14,396 bases of DNA from Candidatus Vampirococcus lugosii (GTDB lineage: Bacteria; Patescibacteriota; Gracilibacteria; Absconditabacterales; Absconditicoccaceae), in assembly GCF_018420025.1 (NCBI RefSeq), contig NZ_JAEDAM010000024.1, forward strand, positions 1 to 14,396, in the 5' to 3' direction. Below the pieces are notes generated by a model that saw only the letters and a program-made list of their open reading frames with translations, did no database searches and was not told the origin of the DNA. Below, piece after piece: positions 9,895 to 14,396 of the stretch. Position numbers and translations under genes: made by a program. How positions within the stretch are numbered: position 1 is the stretch's first letter; each line of letters begins with the position of its first letter.

Positions 9895-10374
9895 ATGAAA
9901 AAAACAATATTAATTGTAGAAGATAATAAAGAATTGTCTGAAATGTTCAAGATTAAATTTGAAAAATGATGATTTAATGTTTTTATTTCTGATAATTGAT
10001 TTGATTCATTATGACTTGCTATAGAAAAAGAACCTGATCTAATCTTATTGGATATAATGATGCCTGATATGGATTGATTTGAAACATTAAAAGTATTAAA
10101 AGAACAGACATCTTTAAAAACTAAAATTTTTATATTTTCAAATTTAAAGAGTGATGATCATATAAAAAAAGCAAAAAAATTATGAGCTGATGATTATCTT
10201 GTAAAAGCAGATTATACACCAAAAGAAGTTCTTGATAAAGTGATATTATCAATATGACCGGCTGATGATAAAAAATCTATTTTTTGTTCAGATGCAGATA
10301 AAACTTTTGTTTCACAATGTCCACATTGTTGAGAAAAATTTAAATTAGATATTAAAATATCAAAAGATGAATAA
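9895..10374 (+). CDS. Single-domain response regulator (receiver) with a short Cys/His C-terminal tail (159 aa, code 25)
   Basis: ILIVEDN provides the acidic pair and LILLDIMMPDMDGFE the phospho-acceptor Asp. IFIFSN and DYLVKAD (conserved Lys) are also present. The tail is FCSDADKTFVSQCPHCGEKFKLDIKI. All eight Gly codons in this gene are TGA and none is GGN. Confidence 0.9.
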
Positions 10375-13300
10375 TATAAGAGAATATGATGAGTTTGAAT
10401 GAAAAAATAATGATGATGAAGAAGTATTTAATTCTAATCTTGCAGATGCTTTAAGTGATACATTTTTGATAAATGAAAAAAATTCTAATTTATTATCAAA
10501 AGAAAAATTAGAAAATATAAGACAAAATTTGTTGCAAACTACGGAAAAACTTTATGAACAAAATAATTCAAATAAACCAATACTTATAGTAAGTGATTGA
10601 ACATATTTGAGTATTAAAGAAAAAGTTTTGAAAGAAATTTATTGAGAAAAATTATATCAAAAATATACACAAGTAGTAAATATTAAATATAATGATTGAT
10701 GATTAGATATAGAAGATTTGGATAATTATTTAAAATCAAATATTCATTCAAATAGTTTAATATTATTATGATGAAGTATCAGTGATATTGTTGATATAAA
10801 TCCTTTTATTTCCAATAGTTTCTTTTTTTCTTTTTTGAAAGATATTATAGAAAATACATGAGATATATCAAAAAATAATTTTTTATTGTGAATATGTTAT
10901 TGACATCAATTAATATCACATATTTCTTGAAATGAGATGGAAAAATGTGGTAGCGATTTTTCTATCAAAACTTGTCAATTTGAAAAAGAAATTCCTGAAT
11001 TTTATAAAAAATGTTTTGTATGATTAAATAATGAAAATCAAAATAATTGATTTAATTCTGTTTTTACTAGATCTTGGAAAGTTTGAAAAAATTATAATGA
11101 TGATTTTGTTCCATTAATAGCTGATCAAAATTGATTTTGAAATAAAAGTGAAACATTTTTGAGTATACAATTTCATCCTGAAGTTCCTATTAAAGATATT
11201 GATAATATAAATAAACTTAAAAATGAATTGTCAAAATTATGAGTTGATATAGATTCGCTTTCTTTTGATGAACAAAAATTATCTGAAAGTATAGATAAAC
11301 ATTTTTTTATTCCAGTATTTGATAATATAATATCAAAAATTTTAACAAGATTTAATAAAGAAAAATCTGAATATTCTGAGATGAATTTGAATTTAATTAA
11401 TGTAAATAAACTTAGATCTACAAGATTAGTGTGAGATTTTTTATCAGAATCTTATCTTGATTTTAATTTTCCCAAAAGAGAAGATTATTTTAATTATCTT
11501 TATAATAATTGATTACTTTATTTAAATTCAAATTTTGATCGAAAAGTTGATAGGTGAGTAAAAGAAGTATCTAATACTTTATGATTAAAATCTACTTCAA
11601 AAATTATATCCGAATTGCAAAAATATAAAAAAGAAATTGATAAAAATGCTGTATTTACTGTAAGAGATATGTGAGCAGGAGATGGAACTTTTTTGGAAGA
11701 AAGTTATAAAGATCTTTCATGAAAAGATATACTTTTTTCTTGAGTATGAGATAAAATATATATAGATTTGTACAAATGAATAAAAAATTCAAAATATTCT
11801 TGGCAAATACCAGATGATATATTGAAAATATTTGTAAAAAAATTTATACAAATAAAAAATGATATAGAAAAACAATCTTGAAAAAAAGAAATAAAAGAAA
11901 TATTGCCAAAAATACTTTCTTCAATAAATATTTCTAAATGAGATGTTGTTTTGGATGATTCTATGTTTGCAGAAAGTACTAGTATGTTTGATTATGTTTG
12001 ATGAAACTCTTTGAGTGAAGAATCTTTAAAATTTTTGGAATCTAGTGATTGAAAAAATAAAATTAATAATTTAAAAAATGATATACAATTAAATTTTTTA
12101 TGATTTGTAAAATGATATTTTGAAAGAATTTTTGTGTCAGATTTTAATTCTTATTTTGATAATCTTGAAGAAATTAGATTTAAGTATTCTAGTGATTTAA
12201 AAAAATGTGATTTAAATTTATCAGTTAGATGAACATCTCATCTAAATAATAAAGATTATTATAATTTAATGTATGATCTTATAGATAAATGATTAAATGA
12301 TTGATGAATTATTATAGATGATTGAATTATTAGATCATATACATATGAAAATAGATTTTTGGAATTTTTGAAATTACAAGATATTTTTTCTGATACAATA
12401 AAAATATTTATTATTTCAGATTTGAAAGATGATATAAAATCTGTAATTATTCAAAAAAAACCTTTTAATGATGAATTAGATTTATCAAATCATGTAATGG
12501 AATGATTTTTTGTAGAAAGTATAGAAACTTTTGATAATAATGATATTATTGTTAATTCTTATGTAAGAAATTTAGTTCATAACTATATATATTCTTTATC
12601 TTTTTGAAAAGATATTTATAAAAAAATAGATAATAAATTATCTTTAAATATAAATCATATAATAAATTTGATTAATAATGATAATTATGAAGAAATATAT
12701 TTTAAAATTGATGAAATTATAGATGATTTATGAAAAGAATATTTGGAAAATATTTGTAGAAATAGTTCTATAAAAAATTTTAAATCATTAAAATTGCGAT
12801 TGGAAAATACTATTCGTTTTAAAAAAGAAATATCTTCTATTGTATCAAAAATATTAAAGCAAGATAATAATGATTATGATTATCTTATTTTATATGAAAG
12901 TGAAAAACATAAAAATAATATTGAATTACATCTTAATATTTTTGATGAATTAATTAAAGAACAAGAAGAAAAATCTAATGTAAATAAAATAAATATAAAG
13001 CCATTTCAAACATTATTAAATTTTTTTGATAGTATGAATGAAGTATCTGATCCTAAAGTTTTGGAAGAATTGTCTTCTTTATCTCCTTATATTTTACCAC
13101 TTTTGGAAAGTAAAGATTTATTGCTTGAAACTTTATGATTAGATAAGTTTTTGGATAAAAAATTTGAATCTGAAAAAGATGATTTAGATAAAAGTTTAGA
13201 AAATATTTTTTGGAAAAATGTAAAAATATTAGTAATAGATAATATACCTTCTATGAAAAAACTTTTGGATGTTGTTTTTGTTTCTGATTTATGAGTAAAT

Positions 13301-13597
13301 AGAGATAATATTACTATGCTATCTTCTTGTGAAGATTGATTATTATCTTTATCAAAATGTGATTTTGATGTTGTAATAGTTCAAAAAGATTTAGATATTA
13401 ATTCAAATTTTTCTATTTTGAATTATATTAATTCTATATGAACAAATTTATTGTATATTTGATGAGATGATAAAAATATTGATGTTGGTAATAATCTTTC
13501 TTATAAAGAACTTGTTCATCCATTTACAAAAAAAGAATTACAAGAATCTATAGCTTCATTTGATTGACTTGTTGATAAGACAATATTAGATATATAA
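10367..13597 (+). CDS. Unassigned 1,076-aa multidomain protein: GATase1-like domain, Rossmann/SAM-methyltransferase-like region, C-terminal receiver-like domain (code 25)
   Basis: ATG at 10367 is the first start after an in-frame TAG at 10346-10348, and the stop TAA is at 13595-13597. The GATase1 signature is LILLGGSISD, FLLGICYGHQLISH (Cys codon 10895-10897) and LSIQFHPEV (His 11174, Glu 11180). The Rossmann motif is FTVRDMGAGDGTF (11666-11686), with a later LNDGGIIIDDG. The C-terminus reads KILVIDN..FDVVIVQKDLD..LVHPFTKKELQESI. The standard-code ORF 12743-13138 is an in-frame piece. The CDS call is strong, but the function is unknown. Confidence 0.85.
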
Positions 13598-13633
13598 TTT
13601 AAATATATATTATTAAAAATTAAAAACAATATT

Positions 13634-13690
13634 ATTACCTACAGAATTAACAAAATTCACTTTTTTCTCTAATTTAGGTGCAGAAGATTA
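13634..13690 (+). repeat. 57-nt dispersed repeat, copy B (inverted relative to 1587-1643)
   Basis: attacctacagaattaacaaaattcacttttttctctaatttaggtgcagaagatta is 52/57 identical to the reverse complement of 1587-1643. It lies between the convergent ends of the large CDS and the transposase remnant. Confidence 0.9.
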
Positions 13691-13724
13691 GAATTTTATA
13701 ACTTTGTATTGACAATATAAAGTT

Positions 13725-14147
13725 TTACTTACAATATCTTTGATTTCTATTTCGTGAAAATTTTCAATTATGTAATATATATTCAACTACTTCTAAACAG
13801 GCATACATATAATAATTATTTAGTCTTTCAACTTCACTTCTTAAATGTATTTTCTCTAAATTATATTCTTGTTTTAAATATTTATATGTTTCTTCTATTA
13901 ACCATCTATAACTATATGCTTTTATTACTTCTATAGCTTCTTTTGCATTTCATACTTTTTTGTTTGTAAGAAATATTCTTTGTCATTTATTATTTTTTAT
14001 CACCACCAAATAATATTTTCTCTTACTGTTTGGGTCAAATATCTTTACCATTCAATAGTAAAGTTTTCCTCTCATTTTCTTGTCTCCTTTCAGACTTATC
14101 TCTACTTCCTTTTTCAAGTTTCTCAAATAACTAATTGAGTTCTCTAT
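13725..14147 (-). pseudogene. C-terminal remnant (140 codons) of an IS4-type DDE transposase
   Basis: The minus-strand frame reads ..IKAYSYRWLIEETYKYLKQEYNLEKIHL.., which carries the IS4-family Y-(2)-R-(3)-E-(6)-K signature (about 13874-13918). It ends at a TAA (13727-13725) and is closed upstream by a TAG at 14150-14148. Only about 130 nt remain before the terminal inverted repeat, so the N-terminal two-thirds, including the DD part of the DDE triad, is absent. It contains in-frame TGA codons. Confidence 0.7.
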
Positions 14148-14279
14148 CTATACTGTTTTTCACTTAATTTTTACATATCTATTTTTTTCATACATACTAT
14201 AAAGTATGTTTTTAGTTTTGACAAAATATCAAACATTTTTTTCTCATCATATTATCTATCAAATATAAAACATATATTA

Positions 14280-14396
14280 ACCTCATCTTTGTAGAACAAA
14301 ATTTCTAAATCCTTGATTTAGACAAGGATTTGCGAGAAAATAAAAATAGATTTGTGTACTACACAAATTTTATAATTTTATTTTAAATAATTTAAA
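14280..14396. repeat. Right copy of the ~116-nt inverted repeat (partner at 9-124)
   Basis: This is the reverse complement of 9-124 with 3 differences. It contains the palindrome at 14350-14368 and the hairpin at 14307-14331. It runs to the last base of the window and may extend beyond it. Confidence 0.9.

Noticed and set aside
4756-13597. Calling the SNF2 helicase plus downstream genes an anti-phage defence system
   Set aside because: I could recognise no nuclease, methylase-specificity, TIR/SIR2, or other effector or partner domains typical of known SNF2-containing defence systems. A 90-nt gap with a hairpin separates the helicase from the kinase cassette.
1-14396. Genetic code 4 (UGA = Trp, Mycoplasma/Spiroplasma-like) as the explanation for in-frame TGAs
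   Set aside because: TGA falls on invariant Gly of P-loops, GLGKT, DxGxG and GICxGxQ motifs, where Trp would be incompatible. Conserved Trp positions use TGG.
9-14396. Interpreting the inverted-repeat-bounded segment as a composite transposon or a linear element with terminal inverted repeats
   Set aside because: The content is core housekeeping (thyA, pyk, der, tRNA). There are no replication, partition or intact transposition genes, and target-site duplications cannot be assessed because the repeats are cut by the window edges.
1-14396. CRISPR arrays, rRNA genes, or long tandem repeats
   Set aside because: No regularly spaced direct repeats, rRNA-like conserved blocks, or tandem units longer than a few nucleotides were seen. 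Short runs such as aaaattaaaattaaaat near 3388 are simple low-complexity sequence.

Overview
The window is very AT-rich bacterial DNA that only makes sense if TGA is read as a sense codon. Wherever TGA falls on a family-invariant residue, that residue is Gly: GTPase P-loops, SNF2 GLGKT, KAGGTGLN and RAHRIGQ, pyruvate kinase DTKGPEIRTG, and the GATase GICYGHQ motif. Conserved Trp residues stay TGG. This is genetic code 25 (UGA=Gly), known from Candidatus Gracilibacteria and Absconditabacteria/SR1 (Patescibacteria), so the supplied standard-code ORF track misses nearly every gene. Retranslated by hand, seven intact CDS cover about 86% of the window. On the minus strand are thyA and a tRNA-Arg(CCG). 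On the plus strand are pyk, der, a SWIM-zinc-finger SNF2 helicase, a soluble triple-PAS histidine kinase, a receiver-only response regulator with a Cys/His tail, and a 1,076-aa unassigned protein. The most unusual content is the kinase / regulator / large-protein cassette (8047-13597). The large protein combines a GATase1-like domain with an intact Cys-His-Glu signature, a Rossmann (SAM-methyltransferase-like) GxGxG region, and a C-terminal receiver-like domain that appears to lack the phospho-acceptor residues. Its start codon overlaps the regulator's stop codon. The window is bracketed by a ~116-nt imperfect inverted repeat (9-124 / 14280-14396) that contains two palindromes. It also holds a 57-nt dispersed repeat in inverted copies (1587-1643 / 13634-13690, with a partial third copy near 369-387) and a C-terminal IS4-type transposase remnant (YREK motif) that itself uses UGA-Gly codons. 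All coordinates and translations were derived by eye, with no database searches, so functional calls rest on recognised motifs only.
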